Shown here in pieces: positions 28,316-37,865 of a stretch of DNA of 64,000 nucleotides (positions are counted from its first letter, which is position 1; each line of letters begins with the position of its first letter). The translations under genes were made by a program, and so were the position numbers. The DNA is taken from the NCBI GenBank assembly GCA_963779415.1, contig CAVZYA010000001.1, positions 384,001 to 448,000 on the forward strand, read 5' to 3'. Under the pieces are notes generated by a model. That model made no database searches. It was not told the origin of the DNA and worked only from the letters and a program-made list of their open reading frames with translations. This stretch comes from an uncultured Acidobacteriota bacterium (lineage in GTDB: Bacteria > Acidobacteriota > Thermoanaerobaculia > UBA5066).

Positions 28316-29272
28316 GTGAGCGACGATCTTCCCCGCACGCTGAGGATCGTCGACTCGCACACGGAAGGGGAGCCGACCCGCGTCGTCGTGGAAGGGTGGC
28401 CGCCCCTCGTGGCCCCGACGATGGAGGGGAGGCGCGAGGAGCTGGTCCGGAGGTTCGACGCGCTCCGACGGGCCGTCGTCCTCGAGCCGCGCGGACACGA
28501 CGCGGTCGTCGGGGCGCTCCTGACGCCGCCCGTCTCACCGGGCGCCACCGGGGGGGTCGTCTTCTTCAACAACGTCGGCCCGCTCTGGATGTGCGGGCAC
28601 GGTCTCATCGGCGTCGTCCGGACGCTTCAGTTTCTCGGGAGGATCGGCCCGGGGGAGGTCCGGATCGACACGCCGGCAGGACCGGTCGCGGCCCTCCTCG
28701 AGCCGTCGGGCCTCGTCACGATCGAGAACGTCCCGGCCTATTGCCACGCGAGGGACGTCGCGATCGACGTCGAGGGTCTCGGACGCGTCGTCGGCGACGT
28801 GGCGTGGGGAGGCAACTGGTTCTTCCTGACGAAGCTGGCCGGAGAGAAAGTGGAGCTTTCGAACCTCTCGCGGCTGACCTCGGCAGCATCGGCGATCCTC
28901 GACAACCTCCGGAAGAGCGGCATCACGGGGCAGGGCGGCGGCGAGATCGACCACGTCGAGATCTTCGGCCCCGCGAGCCGTCCCGACGCCGACAGCCGCA
29001 ACTACGTCCTCTGCCCGGGGGGCGAGTACGACAGGTCGCCGTGCGGGACGGGGACCTCCGCGAAGATGGCGACGCTTCACGCCCGGGGAGAGCTGGGGCT
29101 CCTCGAGAGGTGGCGACAGGAGAGCATCACGGGAAGCCTCTTCACCGGCTGGCTCACCGGGAGGGACGGCGCCCTCATCCCGCACATCCAGGGGATGGCG
29201 TACGTCACGGGAGAGACGACGCTCCATTTCGATCCGGCCGACCCGTTTCGGCTGGGGTTCTCCTCGAGGTGA
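28316..29272 (+). CDS. Proline racemase family, 4-hydroxyproline 2-epimerase
   Basis: DSHTEGEPTR, EPRGH, MCGH and DRSPCGTGTSA (Cys/Cys pair), WGGNWF. Confidence 0.9.
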   Translation: MSDDLPRTLRIVDSHTEGEPTRVVVEGWPPLVAPTMEGRREELVRRFDALRRAVVLEPRGHDAVVGALLTPPVSPGATGGVVFFNNVGPLWMCGHGLIGVVRTLQFLGRIGPGEVRIDTPAGPVAALLEPSGLVTIENVPAYCHARDVAIDVEGLGRVVGDVAWGGNWFFLTKLAGEKVELSNLSRLTSAASAILDNLRKSGITGQGGGEIDHVEIFGPASRPDADSRNYVLCPGGEYDRSPCGTGTSAKMATLHARGELGLLERWRQESITGSLFTGWLTGRDGALIPHIQGMAYVTGETTLHFDPADPFRLGFSSR

Positions 29273-30384
29273 GCGTCTCCCGCTCCGACGTGGCCGTCGT
29301 CGGCGCGGGAATCGTCGGCGCCTCCTGCGCCGAGGCGCTCGCGGCACGCGGCCTCCGCGTCGAGATCTTCGAGGCGCGGTTTCCCGGCAGCGGTTCGACC
29401 GGAAGCGCGATGGGGCATCTCGTCGTCCTCGACGGCTCGGAGGCGCAGTTCGCTCTTTCCGCCTATTCCCGCGCTCTCTGGACGGAAAGGAAGGCGGAGC
29501 TTCCGGCAGAGGTCGAGGACGTGCCGGCCGGAACGCTCTGGGTAGCCGCGGACGAAGAGGAGATGGCCCATGTCCGCGGAAAAGCCGCCTTCTACGGCGC
29601 GCGCGGCGTGAAGACCGAGATCCTCGATCCGAAAGGCCTCTTCGAAGCCGAGCCGAACCTCCGCCGCGGCCTCGCGGGGGGACTCCGCGTCCCGGGCGAC
29701 CGGGTCCTCTATCCCCCCGCCGCGGCGCGCTTCCTTCTCTCGATGGCCCAGAGGCGCGGCACCCGGCTTCGCCCGGAGGAGGTTCTCGAGGTCGGGGCGG
29801 GCTTCGTCCGGACCGCGGAAGGGCGGACGGAGGCGGGGGCGGTTCTCGTCGCCGCGGGAGCCGCGTCGCCGTCGCTCCTCCCGGGGCTCCCCGTCGTTCC
29901 GAAGAAGGGCCATCTCGTCATCACCGACCGTTCCCCCGGCTTCTGCCGGCATCAGATGATCGAGCTCGGCTACCTCAAGAGCACCCACGGAGGCGCTCGC
30001 GAGTCGGTGGCCTTCAACCTGCAACCGCGGGCGACCGGGCAGATGCTGCTCGGCTCCTCCCGCGAGCTCGTCGGTTTCGACGCATCGGTGAACCGCCCGC
30101 TCGTCACCCGGATGGTTCGCCGCGCGATTGACTACGTGCCGTCGATCGGGACGCTTCCAGTCCTCCGGACATGGACCGGCTTCCGTCCCGCGACGCCCGA
30201 CAACCTCCCGCTCATCGGCGCGTGGCCCGCTCTCCGGGACGTCTGGGTGGCTGCCGGGCACGAGGGGCTCGGGATCACGACGTCGCTCGGGACGGCGAGC
30301 CTCATCGCGTCTCTCATATCGGGGGAAGCTCCGCCGATCGACCCGTCTCCCTATGCTCCGGACCGGAAGGCGCTCCATGCGTGA
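29269..30384 (+). CDS. FAD-dependent D-hydroxyproline dehydrogenase, DAO-like (beta) subunit
   Basis: VGAGIVG, AMGHLV, PKKGHL, ELGY, WTGFRP, GHEGLGIT; operon context. Confidence 0.85.
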   Translation: MSVSRSDVAVVGAGIVGASCAEALAARGLRVEIFEARFPGSGSTGSAMGHLVVLDGSEAQFALSAYSRALWTERKAELPAEVEDVPAGTLWVAADEEEMAHVRGKAAFYGARGVKTEILDPKGLFEAEPNLRRGLAGGLRVPGDRVLYPPAAARFLLSMAQRRGTRLRPEEVLEVGAGFVRTAEGRTEAGAVLVAAGAASPSLLPGLPVVPKKGHLVITDRSPGFCRHQMIELGYLKSTHGGARESVAFNLQPRATGQMLLGSSRELVGFDASVNRPLVTRMVRRAIDYVPSIGTLPVLRTWTGFRPATPDNLPLIGAWPALRDVWVAAGHEGLGITTSLGTASLIASLISGEAPPIDPSPYAPDRKALHA

Positions 30385-30625
30385 CGCGGTGACGATCCTG
30401 CTGGACGGGCGGAGCGTCCTCGTCCCACGCGACGCCACGGTCGCGGCCGCGCTTCTCGGCCTCGGCGTCCTGGCCTTTCGCGCATCCGTGACCGGGGAGC
30501 CGCGCGGCCCTCTCTGTGCCATGGGGGTCTGCTACGAGTGCCGGGTCACGATCGACGGAAGGCCCCAGGAGAGGGCCTGCATGACTCTCTGTCGGAACGG
30601 GATGGAGGTCTCGACCCGTGTCTGA
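30377..30625 (+). CDS. 2Fe-2S ferredoxin-like (gamma) subunit of D-hydroxyproline dehydrogenase
   Basis: CAMGVCYECRVTIDG...AC cysteine pattern. Confidence 0.85.
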   Translation: MRDAVTILLDGRSVLVPRDATVAAALLGLGVLAFRASVTGEPRGPLCAMGVCYECRVTIDGRPQERACMTLCRNGMEVSTRV

Positions 30626-31904
30626 GCCCATTCGGGCCGACGTGGCGGTCATCGGAGCGGGTCCGGCCGGCATCGCGGCGGCCACGCGGGCGGCGGAGTC
30701 GGGAGCGCGAGTCGTTCTTCTCGACGAGAACCCGTCTCCGGGGGGACAGATCCATCGTCACTTTCCGGGCGAGGCGCCTCCGGCGAAAGCCCGTCCGTGG
30801 CTCGAGCGGCTGCGAAAGTCGGGGGCCGAGGTCGTCACGTCCGCTTCTCTCTTCGATGCCGAAAGGCGCGCCGATGCATGGCACCTGCGCACGATCAGGG
30901 GGCAACGCGTAGACGTCGTTCGGGCACGGCGGCTCGTCATCGCCACCGGGGCCCGGGAGCTCTTTCTCCCGTTTCCCGGCTGGACCCTTCCCGGCGTTCT
31001 CGGCGCGGGAGCGGCTCAGGCCCTCGTGAAGAGCGGGGCCGACCTCTCGGGAAGGCGCGCCGTCGTGGCCGGTTCCGGGCCTCTCCTTCTCTCCGCGGCG
31101 GCGGCGCTCGCGAAGGCCGGAGCGAAGGTCGTCTTCGTGGCCGAGCAGGCGCCGCTCTCGAGTCTTGCTCTCTTCGTCGCCATGCTCCTCCGGACGCCCG
31201 GGAGGATCCTCGAAGGCGCGCGGTATCGCGCCGCCGTTGCCGGGACTCCCTTTCGGAACGGATTCTGGGTGAAGGCGGCGGGGGGAGACGGACGTGTCGA
31301 GCGGGCGCACGTGACGAACCAGAGACGCAAGCTGGAGGTTGCCTGCGATCTCCTCTGCGTCGGCTGGGGGCTCGTCCCGAACCTCGAGCTTCCGAGGCTG
31401 ATCGGGTGCGAGATCGGCTCACGGGGCGTCCTTGTGGCTCCGAGTCAGGAGACCTCCTCTCCCGGCGTCTTCGCCGCGGGGGAGGTCTGCGGCGTCGCCG
31501 GGGCGGAGAACGCCGTCTCCGAAGGGGAGATCGCCGGTCTCGCGGCCTCGGATTCGCTTTCGCCCTCGGGAGCGGAGATGCGGCGTCTCTTCGCGGCCCG
31601 GGAGCGCGGGCGCCGGTTCGGCGAGGCGCTCGCGGAGGCGTTCGCTCTCCGCCCGGAGGTCCTCGGCCTCGCGATGCCCGAGACGCTGGTCTGCCGCTGC
31701 GAGGACGTCTCCTTCGGCCGTCTCTCCGGCGCCCGGTCGATGCGGGAGGCGAAGCTGGAGACGCGCGTCGGGATGGGTGCCTGCCAGGGACGGATCTGCG
31801 GCAGCGCCCTCTCCCGGATACTCGGCCTCGCGCCCGACACGGTCCGCCCCCCGATCGTCCCCGTCCCGATGAGTGCGCTCGCCTCCGAGGAGGAACCGAC
31901 GTGA
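30618..31904 (+). CDS. FAD/NAD(P)-binding oxidoreductase (alpha) subunit of D-hydroxyproline dehydrogenase
   Basis: GAGPAG, ATGARE..LPFPGWTLPGV, AGE, VCRCEDV, GMGACQGRIC, RPP. Confidence 0.85.
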   Translation: MSEPIRADVAVIGAGPAGIAAATRAAESGARVVLLDENPSPGGQIHRHFPGEAPPAKARPWLERLRKSGAEVVTSASLFDAERRADAWHLRTIRGQRVDVVRARRLVIATGARELFLPFPGWTLPGVLGAGAAQALVKSGADLSGRRAVVAGSGPLLLSAAAALAKAGAKVVFVAEQAPLSSLALFVAMLLRTPGRILEGARYRAAVAGTPFRNGFWVKAAGGDGRVERAHVTNQRRKLEVACDLLCVGWGLVPNLELPRLIGCEIGSRGVLVAPSQETSSPGVFAAGEVCGVAGAENAVSEGEIAGLAASDSLSPSGAEMRRLFAARERGRRFGEALAEAFALRPEVLGLAMPETLVCRCEDVSFGRLSGARSMREAKLETRVGMGACQGRICGSALSRILGLAPDTVRPPIVPVPMSALASEEEPT

Positions 31905-32824
31905 AATGGCATGGAGTCGTCCCCGCGATCACCACCCCGTTCCGGGAGGATCTTTCGATCGATCACGGCTTTCTCGGCCGGCACGCCGGGATCCTCGTCG
32001 AAGCCGGCTGCACGGGAATCGTGGCGCTCGGCTCACTCGGGGAATCGGCGACCCTTTCGTTCGAGGAGAAGATCGCCGTTCTCCGGACCCTCCGCGGCGC
32101 GCTCGCCGGAAAGGCGCCCCTCGTGGCCGGGATCGCGGCGCTCTCGACACGGGAGGCGTGCGATCTCGCGCGGGAAGCCGCGCAGGCCGGCTGCGACGGG
32201 CTCATGGTCCTTCCGCCCTACGTCTACCGCGGAGACGACCGCGAGACGGAGGCGCACTTCGGGGCCGTCCTCTCGGCGACGGATCTTCCGTGCATGCTCT
32301 ACAACAACCCGATCTCCTACGGCACCGACGTCCTTCCGCCGCGGATCGCGGCCCTCGCCGAGGAGAACCCGAACCTGGTTGCGGTGAAGGAGTCGAGCGC
32401 CGACATCCGTCGGGTCACGGAGATCCGCTATCTCGTCGGAGAGCGCCTTTCGCTCTTCGTCGGCGTCGACGACCTGATCGTCGAGGGGATCGCCGCGGGA
32501 GCGTCCGGCTGGATCGCCGGGCTCGTGAACGCGCTTCCGGAAGAGTCGGTCCGTCTCTTCGAGCTCTCCAGAGCCGGAAAGAAGGAATCGTTCGGTGCGC
32601 TCTACGACTGGTTCCTGCCGCTTCTCCGCCTCGACACCGTTCCGAAGTTCGTCCAGCTGATCAAGCTCGTTCAGGAAGAAGCGGGAATCGGGTCGGAGCG
32701 GGTGCGCCCCCCGCGCCTCGTCCTAGAGGGAGCCGAGCGGGCGGCAGCCGTCCGTCTGATCCGGCAGCAGCTCTCGACGAGGCCCCGGGGAAATGACGCG
32801 ACGCCGGAGGGGCGGCTTCCGTAA
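31901..32824 (+). CDS. DapA family protein, probable 1-pyrroline-4-hydroxy-2-carboxylate deaminase
   Basis: W.GVVPAITTPF, GSLGE, MLYNNP..Y, VKESS, GVDD, GWIAGL.N; operon context. Confidence 0.85.
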   Translation: MKWHGVVPAITTPFREDLSIDHGFLGRHAGILVEAGCTGIVALGSLGESATLSFEEKIAVLRTLRGALAGKAPLVAGIAALSTREACDLAREAAQAGCDGLMVLPPYVYRGDDRETEAHFGAVLSATDLPCMLYNNPISYGTDVLPPRIAALAEENPNLVAVKESSADIRRVTEIRYLVGERLSLFVGVDDLIVEGIAAGASGWIAGLVNALPEESVRLFELSRAGKKESFGALYDWFLPLLRLDTVPKFVQLIKLVQEEAGIGSERVRPPRLVLEGAERAAAVRLIRQQLSTRPRGNDATPEGRLP

Positions 32825-32836
32825 CATCCATAGAGG

Positions 32837-33550
32837 ATGAGGGTCCTTTCGGGGCTTTTCCTGTCCGGCCTGCTCCTCGCCGGGGCGCTTCCGGCCCGTG
32901 GAGTCCTCGTCGTCTTCGGAGACGGGCGGCTCCTCCGCGTCGAGTCGTACCAGCTCGAAGACGAGGAGAGGATCGCCCTCTCGCTCCCCGGCGGAGGACA
33001 GATCACGATCCCTCTCGATCTCGTCGACCGGATCGTGGACGAGGAGTACGTGCGGCCCCAGCCGGGAGACGCCGGGGCCGTCGCGAGCGTTCCGGATGCG
33101 GGATCCCGACGATCTGTCCGCGCTTTCGAGGAAGAGCTCCCGGCAGCCTCTCTCTACTCGAAGGAGATCCTTGAGGCCGCGAAGGCACACCGGGTCGATC
33201 CGGCTCTCATCGCGGCCGTCATCAAGGCCGAGTCCAATTTCGACCCGTCCGCCGTCTCGCGAAAGGGCGCCCGCGGTCTGATGCAGCTGATGCCCGCCAC
33301 GGCCCGGCGCCTCGGCGTGACGCACGCCTTCGACCCCCGCGAGAACATCCGCGGCGGCACGGCCTATCTCGCCGAGCTGGCCGACCGGTACGGCGAAACC
33401 TCGGTGGAGCTGATCCTCGCCGCCTACAATGCCGGCGAGCGGGCCGTCGAGGAGTTCGGGGGAGTCCCTCCCTACCGCGAGACGCGTGACTACGTGAAGC
33501 GGGTCACGGCCCTCTGGAACGACGCGCGCGCGGCGCGCCCGGCCTCCTGA
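32837..33550 (+). CDS. Lytic transglycosylase (SLT domain), secreted
   Basis: AVIKAESNF, SRKGARGLMQLMPATA, AAYNAG, PPYRETRDYV. Confidence 0.9.
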   Translation: MRVLSGLFLSGLLLAGALPARGVLVVFGDGRLLRVESYQLEDEERIALSLPGGGQITIPLDLVDRIVDEEYVRPQPGDAGAVASVPDAGSRRSVRAFEEELPAASLYSKEILEAAKAHRVDPALIAAVIKAESNFDPSAVSRKGARGLMQLMPATARRLGVTHAFDPRENIRGGTAYLAELADRYGETSVELILAAYNAGERAVEEFGGVPPYRETRDYVKRVTALWNDARAARPAS

Positions 33551-34095
33551 TGCTCCGGACCTCCCGCGCCTTCCTCCTTGCCGCGCCGGCCGCATTCGGA
33601 GTGACCCTCGCGCTCTTTTTGATCCTCCATCCGAAGGCGTCGGAGAGCTTCGCCGCCTACCCCTTCATGGCGGAAGCGCTCGGCCCGGTCCTCCGGAGCC
33701 CCTTCCTCCGGTTTCTCCTGACGACGATCGTCTTTTTTCTCGCTCCGTATCTCGTCATCGGAATCCTTCTCGTCCTCTCGGAGCTGGGGCTCGGAGCGGC
33801 CGAGCCGCTCTTCCGCTCTTCCGGACGGCCCCGGAAGCGCCCGGTCGGCGTTCCGGCGGAGAGCCGATGGACCTTCATCGGAGTGACCCTCGCCGCGGCG
33901 GCATGGGCCGGCGCGTCGCTTCATCAGGTGGCGCACGGAGGGGAGCTGCCGGGAGGCGTGAACGTGACCCCCGTCTTCGTCGTCGCGGCCTCCCTCGGCG
34001 CCGTGGCGGCCGGGTTTCTCGCCTCGCTTCTCGCGGCCCTGCCGCGCGCCCTTTTCGGCGGCTCGCCCCCTCCCCGTGTCCGCCGAGCGCGCTGA
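33550..34095 (+). CDS. Hypothetical 4-TM membrane protein
   Basis: ATG overlaps the upstream TGA; four hydrophobic segments; genome-typical codon usage. Confidence 0.65.
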   Translation: MLRTSRAFLLAAPAAFGVTLALFLILHPKASESFAAYPFMAEALGPVLRSPFLRFLLTTIVFFLAPYLVIGILLVLSELGLGAAEPLFRSSGRPRKRPVGVPAESRWTFIGVTLAAAAWAGASLHQVAHGGELPGGVNVTPVFVVAASLGAVAAGFLASLLAALPRALFGGSPPPRVRRAR

Positions 34096-34117
34096 CGGCG
34101 CGCCTATACTTCGGCGC

Positions 34118-35656
34118 GTGACCCCCGACAGCGACACGATCGTCGTTCTCGACTTCGGCTCCCAGTACACGCAGGTGATCGCCCGCCGGATCCGCGAGGC
34201 GCGGGTCCGTTCGGTCGTCCTGCCGTTCGACACCCCGGCCTCCGAGATCGCGGCGCTCTCGCCGAAGGGGATCATCCTCTCCGGCGGACCGTCGAGCGTC
34301 TACGACGAGGGAGCCCCGGCGGGCGACGGGAAGCTCTTCGACCTCGGGAAGCCCGTTCTCGGTCTCTGCTACGGAATGATGTGGATCGCCCGGAAGTTCG
34401 GCGGAAAGGTGGGCCGGGCCCCCGGGCGGGAGTACGGCCGGGCCGTCGTCGATGTCTCCGGAGGCCGTCTCTTCCGCGGCCTCGGCCCGCGCGAGACCGT
34501 CTGGATGAGCCACGGCGACCACGTGGAGACGCCGCCGCCCGGCTTCTCGATCGTCGCGACGACCCCGAACGCCCCCGTCGCCGCGTTCGAGGATCCGGCG
34601 CGGCTCCTTTTCGGAATCCAAGGACACCCCGAGGTGCATCACTCCGAGCATGGCGCCGCCATGATCGAGAACTTTCTCTACGACGTCTGCGGGGCGAAGC
34701 CGACCTGGACGATGGCGGGCTTCCGCGACGCGGCGATCGCGCGCCTGCGGGAGACCGTGAAGGAAGGCGTGGTTCTGGGCGCCCTCTCCGGGGGGGTCGA
34801 CTCCACGGTCGCGGCCGTCCTGATCCGCGAGGCGATCGGGGAGCGGTTCCGGGGCGTCTTCGTCGACACGGGGCTCCTCCGGAAGAACGAGGGGCGGCAG
34901 GTGCTCGAGGCGTTCCGCCACCTCGGCCTTCCCGTGACCGGCGTCGACGCCTCCGCGCGGTTCTTCGCGGCCCTCGCCGGCGTCACGGAGCCGGAGCAAA
35001 AGCGGAGGATCATCGGGGGGCTCTTCATCGACGTCTTCACGGAGAACGCGAAGGCCGTCGACGGGGCCCAGTGGCTCGCGCAGGGGACGCTCTACCCGGA
35101 CGTCATCGAGTCGGTTTCGATCAAGGGGCCGTCCGCCGTCATCAAGACCCACCACAATGTGGGAGGCCTCCCCGAAAAGCTCGGCTTTACGCTCGTGGAG
35201 CCGCTCCGCGAGCTCTTCAAGGACGAGGTCCGCCGTCTCGGCGAGGAGCTCGGGATCCCGCGCGAGATGCTCTATCGTCACCCCTTTCCGGGGCCGGGCC
35301 TCGCCGTCCGGATACCCGGCGACATCACGCCGGACCGGGTCGGGATCCTGCAGGAGGCCGATGCGATCTTCCTCGAGGAGCTTCACGCGGCCGGCTGGTA
35401 CGAGCCGACGGCGCAGGCCTTCGCGGTCCTCCTCCCCGTCAAGAGCGTCGGCGTCATGGGGGACGGCCGGACGTACGAAAACGTCGTGGCCCTGCGCGCC
35501 GTCACGACCGAGGACTTCATGACGGCCGACTGGGCGCGTCTCCCGCACGACCTTCTCGACCGGGTCTCCCGGCGGATCGTCGGCGAGGTCCGCGGCGTCA
35601 ACCGCGTCGTCTACGACGTGACCTCCAAGCCCCCCGGCACGATCGAGTGGGAGTAA
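34118..35656 (+). CDS. guaA: GMP synthase (glutamine-hydrolysing)
   Basis: LDFGSQYTQ, LSGGP, GLCYG, HPEV, SGGVDS, QGTLYPDVIES, RHPFPGPGL, KPPGTIEWE. TATACT 7 nt before GTG 34118. Confidence 0.97.
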   Translation: MTPDSDTIVVLDFGSQYTQVIARRIREARVRSVVLPFDTPASEIAALSPKGIILSGGPSSVYDEGAPAGDGKLFDLGKPVLGLCYGMMWIARKFGGKVGRAPGREYGRAVVDVSGGRLFRGLGPRETVWMSHGDHVETPPPGFSIVATTPNAPVAAFEDPARLLFGIQGHPEVHHSEHGAAMIENFLYDVCGAKPTWTMAGFRDAAIARLRETVKEGVVLGALSGGVDSTVAAVLIREAIGERFRGVFVDTGLLRKNEGRQVLEAFRHLGLPVTGVDASARFFAALAGVTEPEQKRRIIGGLFIDVFTENAKAVDGAQWLAQGTLYPDVIESVSIKGPSAVIKTHHNVGGLPEKLGFTLVEPLRELFKDEVRRLGEELGIPREMLYRHPFPGPGLAVRIPGDITPDRVGILQEADAIFLEELHAAGWYEPTAQAFAVLLPVKSVGVMGDGRTYENVVALRAVTTEDFMTADWARLPHDLLDRVSRRIVGEVRGVNRVVYDVTSKPPGTIEWE

Positions 35657-35706
35657 TCGACCCGCCGCGGACCCAGGATCCCCTCGCGACGCGGGAGGCG
35701 GAGCGG

Positions 35707-36405
35707 GTGAGGCCGGACGGGCGGCGGCTCGCGATCCTCGGTGCGAGCGGCCTCGTTGCGATCGTTCTCGGCCGGGTCTTCCCGCTCTCGATCGTGTCGA
35801 ACGGGATCTCGCTGCTCGTCCACGAGCTGGGGCACACGGCGGCTTCGATCTTCTTCGGGAGCTTCGCCGTTCCGGCCGTCGTCCTGACGGTGACGTTCGA
35901 GCAGACGCTCCCGTCCGTCCTCGCGGTCTGGGCCGTCCTTCTCCTTATCCTCTGGTACGGGCGCTCCGTGAAGGCCTTCGCCATTCCGTTCGGCGCTCTC
36001 TGCGCGATCTATCCTTTCCTCGCCCGATCGCCGCTCCACGTCTCGCTGATCTCGGCCGCCGGGCACGGTGCGGAGATCGCGTGCGCGGCCTTCTTCCTCT
36101 GGCGCGCCGCGACCGCCGACCTCGAGAGGGAGTGGGAGCGCCCCGGCTGGGCGCTCCTCGGGTGGCTCCTCTGGGTCCGGAACGTGGCGTTCGCGTGGGG
36201 CCTTCGGACGAGCCGGGAGGCGCGGACCGACTACCTCTCGATCTCGTTCGCCGGAGACAACGACCTCGTCCGAATCGCGAAGAGCGCCGGGATCCCTCTC
36301 GAGACCGCCGCCGGGGTTTTTCTCGCACTCGCCCTCGCCGTTCCGGCGGCCGCCCTCCTTCTCGCCTTTTTTCGAGGCCGGAGGGACGAAGAGTCGGTTC
36401 TCTAG
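35707..36405 (+). CDS. Membrane protein with HExxH motif, M50B-like metallopeptidase candidate
   Basis: LVHELGH within a TM context, downstream GDNDL; 6-7 TM; start codon uncertain. Confidence 0.6.
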   Translation: MRPDGRRLAILGASGLVAIVLGRVFPLSIVSNGISLLVHELGHTAASIFFGSFAVPAVVLTVTFEQTLPSVLAVWAVLLLILWYGRSVKAFAIPFGALCAIYPFLARSPLHVSLISAAGHGAEIACAAFFLWRAATADLEREWERPGWALLGWLLWVRNVAFAWGLRTSREARTDYLSISFAGDNDLVRIAKSAGIPLETAAGVFLALALAVPAAALLLAFFRGRRDEESVL

Positions 36406-36418
36406 AATCGGACGCGCG

Positions 36419-37825
36419 ATGAGCCCGCCCCCCGACATCCCGTTCCCTCTTCCGCTCTCCGCGTACTCCGGCGAGGAGGGGATGAGCCTCGTCAAGGTCC
36501 TCGTCCACCGCGTCTCGGTCGAGCCGATGAACCTCGTGGCGACGGCGATCTTCGGCCTGGCGATCCTGCACACCTTCTTTGCACCGCGGCTCATGGCGGC
36601 GTCGCATCACCTGAGGGCCCGCGTGGAAGCCGAGCGCGGACCCGGGGCCCACAGCTTCCGCGTGGAGGTTCTTCACTTCCTCGGCGAGGTGGAGGTGGTT
36701 TTCGGCATCTGGGCCATCGTCCTGTTCGCGGCGATGACGGCCGTCTTCGGTCCGCACTCGATGAAGGCGTACGTGAGTCGCGGGGTCGATTTCACCGAGG
36801 CGGCGTTCGTCGTCGTGGTCATGGCGGTCTCGGCGACGCGGCCCGTCATGGTGTTCGCGGAGTCGCTCCTCGGCTCGATGGCCCGGCTCGGGCGGTCGAC
36901 GCCCCTCGCCTGGTGGCTCTCGACCCTGACCTTCGGCCCCCTGCTCGGCTCCTTCATCACCGAGCCGGCGGCGATGATCATCTGCGCCCTCGTCCTCTCC
37001 CGGCGCCTCTTCGACCTCGACCCGAGCCGGCGGCTCCGCTACGGAACCCTCGGCCTCCTCTTCGTGAACGTCTCCGTCGGGGGGACCCTGACGCACTTCG
37101 CGGCGCCCCCCGTCCTGATGGTCGCGACTCCCTGGGGCTGGGACTTCTCCCACATGGCGACGCATTTCGGCTGGAAGGCCGCGGCGGGGATCGTCGTCGC
37201 GAACGTCGTCTACGCGCTCGTCTTTAGGCGGGAGTTCGCGGAGCTTCGCCACCGGCTTCCGGCCATCCCGGAGGGAGGCGGAGGAGGGCCCGCCGTTCCC
37301 GCGTGGGTCACCGGCGTCCACCTCGCGACGCTCGCCCTCGTGGTCTGGTCGTCGCACACGCCGCCTCTCTTCATCGGGAGCTTCCTGATCTTCCTCGCGT
37401 TTCAGCAGGCCACGGCGCCCCACCAGGACCCGCCGAACCTCCGGACCCCCCTCCTCGTCGGGTTCTTCCTCGCCGGGCTCGTCATCCACGGGACGCTCCA
37501 GCAATGGTGGATCGCTCCGGTCCTCGGACGGCTTTCGGAGCTTCCGCTCTTCATCGGGGCGATGGTGCTGACGGCATTCAACGACAACGCCGCGATCACC
37601 TATCTCGCCACGCTCGTCCCGGGGTTCACCGAGTCGCTGAAGTACGCGGTGGTGGCGGGCGCGGTCGCGGGCGGGGGTCTGACGGTCATCGCGAACGCTC
37701 CGAATCCGGCCGGCCAGGCGACGCTGGCGAAGCACTTTCCGGAGGGGGTCTCGCCGCTCGGCCTCTTCCTCGGAGCGCTCTTCCCGACCGCGGTGATGGC
37801 GGCTTCCTTCCTTCTCTTCCGCTGA
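36419..37825 (+). CDS. Putative Na+/H+ antiporter (DUF1504-like, ion transporter superfamily)
   Basis: HFLGEVEVVFGIW, FITEPAAM, NVSVGG.LTHFAAPPVLMVA, DNAAITYL, GGGLTVIANAPNPAG. Confidence 0.8.
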   Translation: MSPPPDIPFPLPLSAYSGEEGMSLVKVLVHRVSVEPMNLVATAIFGLAILHTFFAPRLMAASHHLRARVEAERGPGAHSFRVEVLHFLGEVEVVFGIWAIVLFAAMTAVFGPHSMKAYVSRGVDFTEAAFVVVVMAVSATRPVMVFAESLLGSMARLGRSTPLAWWLSTLTFGPLLGSFITEPAAMIICALVLSRRLFDLDPSRRLRYGTLGLLFVNVSVGGTLTHFAAPPVLMVATPWGWDFSHMATHFGWKAAAGIVVANVVYALVFRREFAELRHRLPAIPEGGGGGPAVPAWVTGVHLATLALVVWSSHTPPLFIGSFLIFLAFQQATAPHQDPPNLRTPLLVGFFLAGLVIHGTLQQWWIAPVLGRLSELPLFIGAMVLTAFNDNAAITYLATLVPGFTESLKYAVVAGAVAGGGLTVIANAPNPAGQATLAKHFPEGVSPLGLFLGALFPTAVMAASFLLFR

Positions 37826-37865
37826 AACCGTTCCGTCTCCCGCGACGATAGAATCCGGAGCGGGA

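Noticed and set aside
29269-31904. HCN synthase (hcnABC) or opine oxidase
   Set aside because: Homologous architecture, but the flanking Hyp epimerase, DapA-like deaminase and semialdehyde dehydrogenase indicate D-hydroxyproline dehydrogenase.
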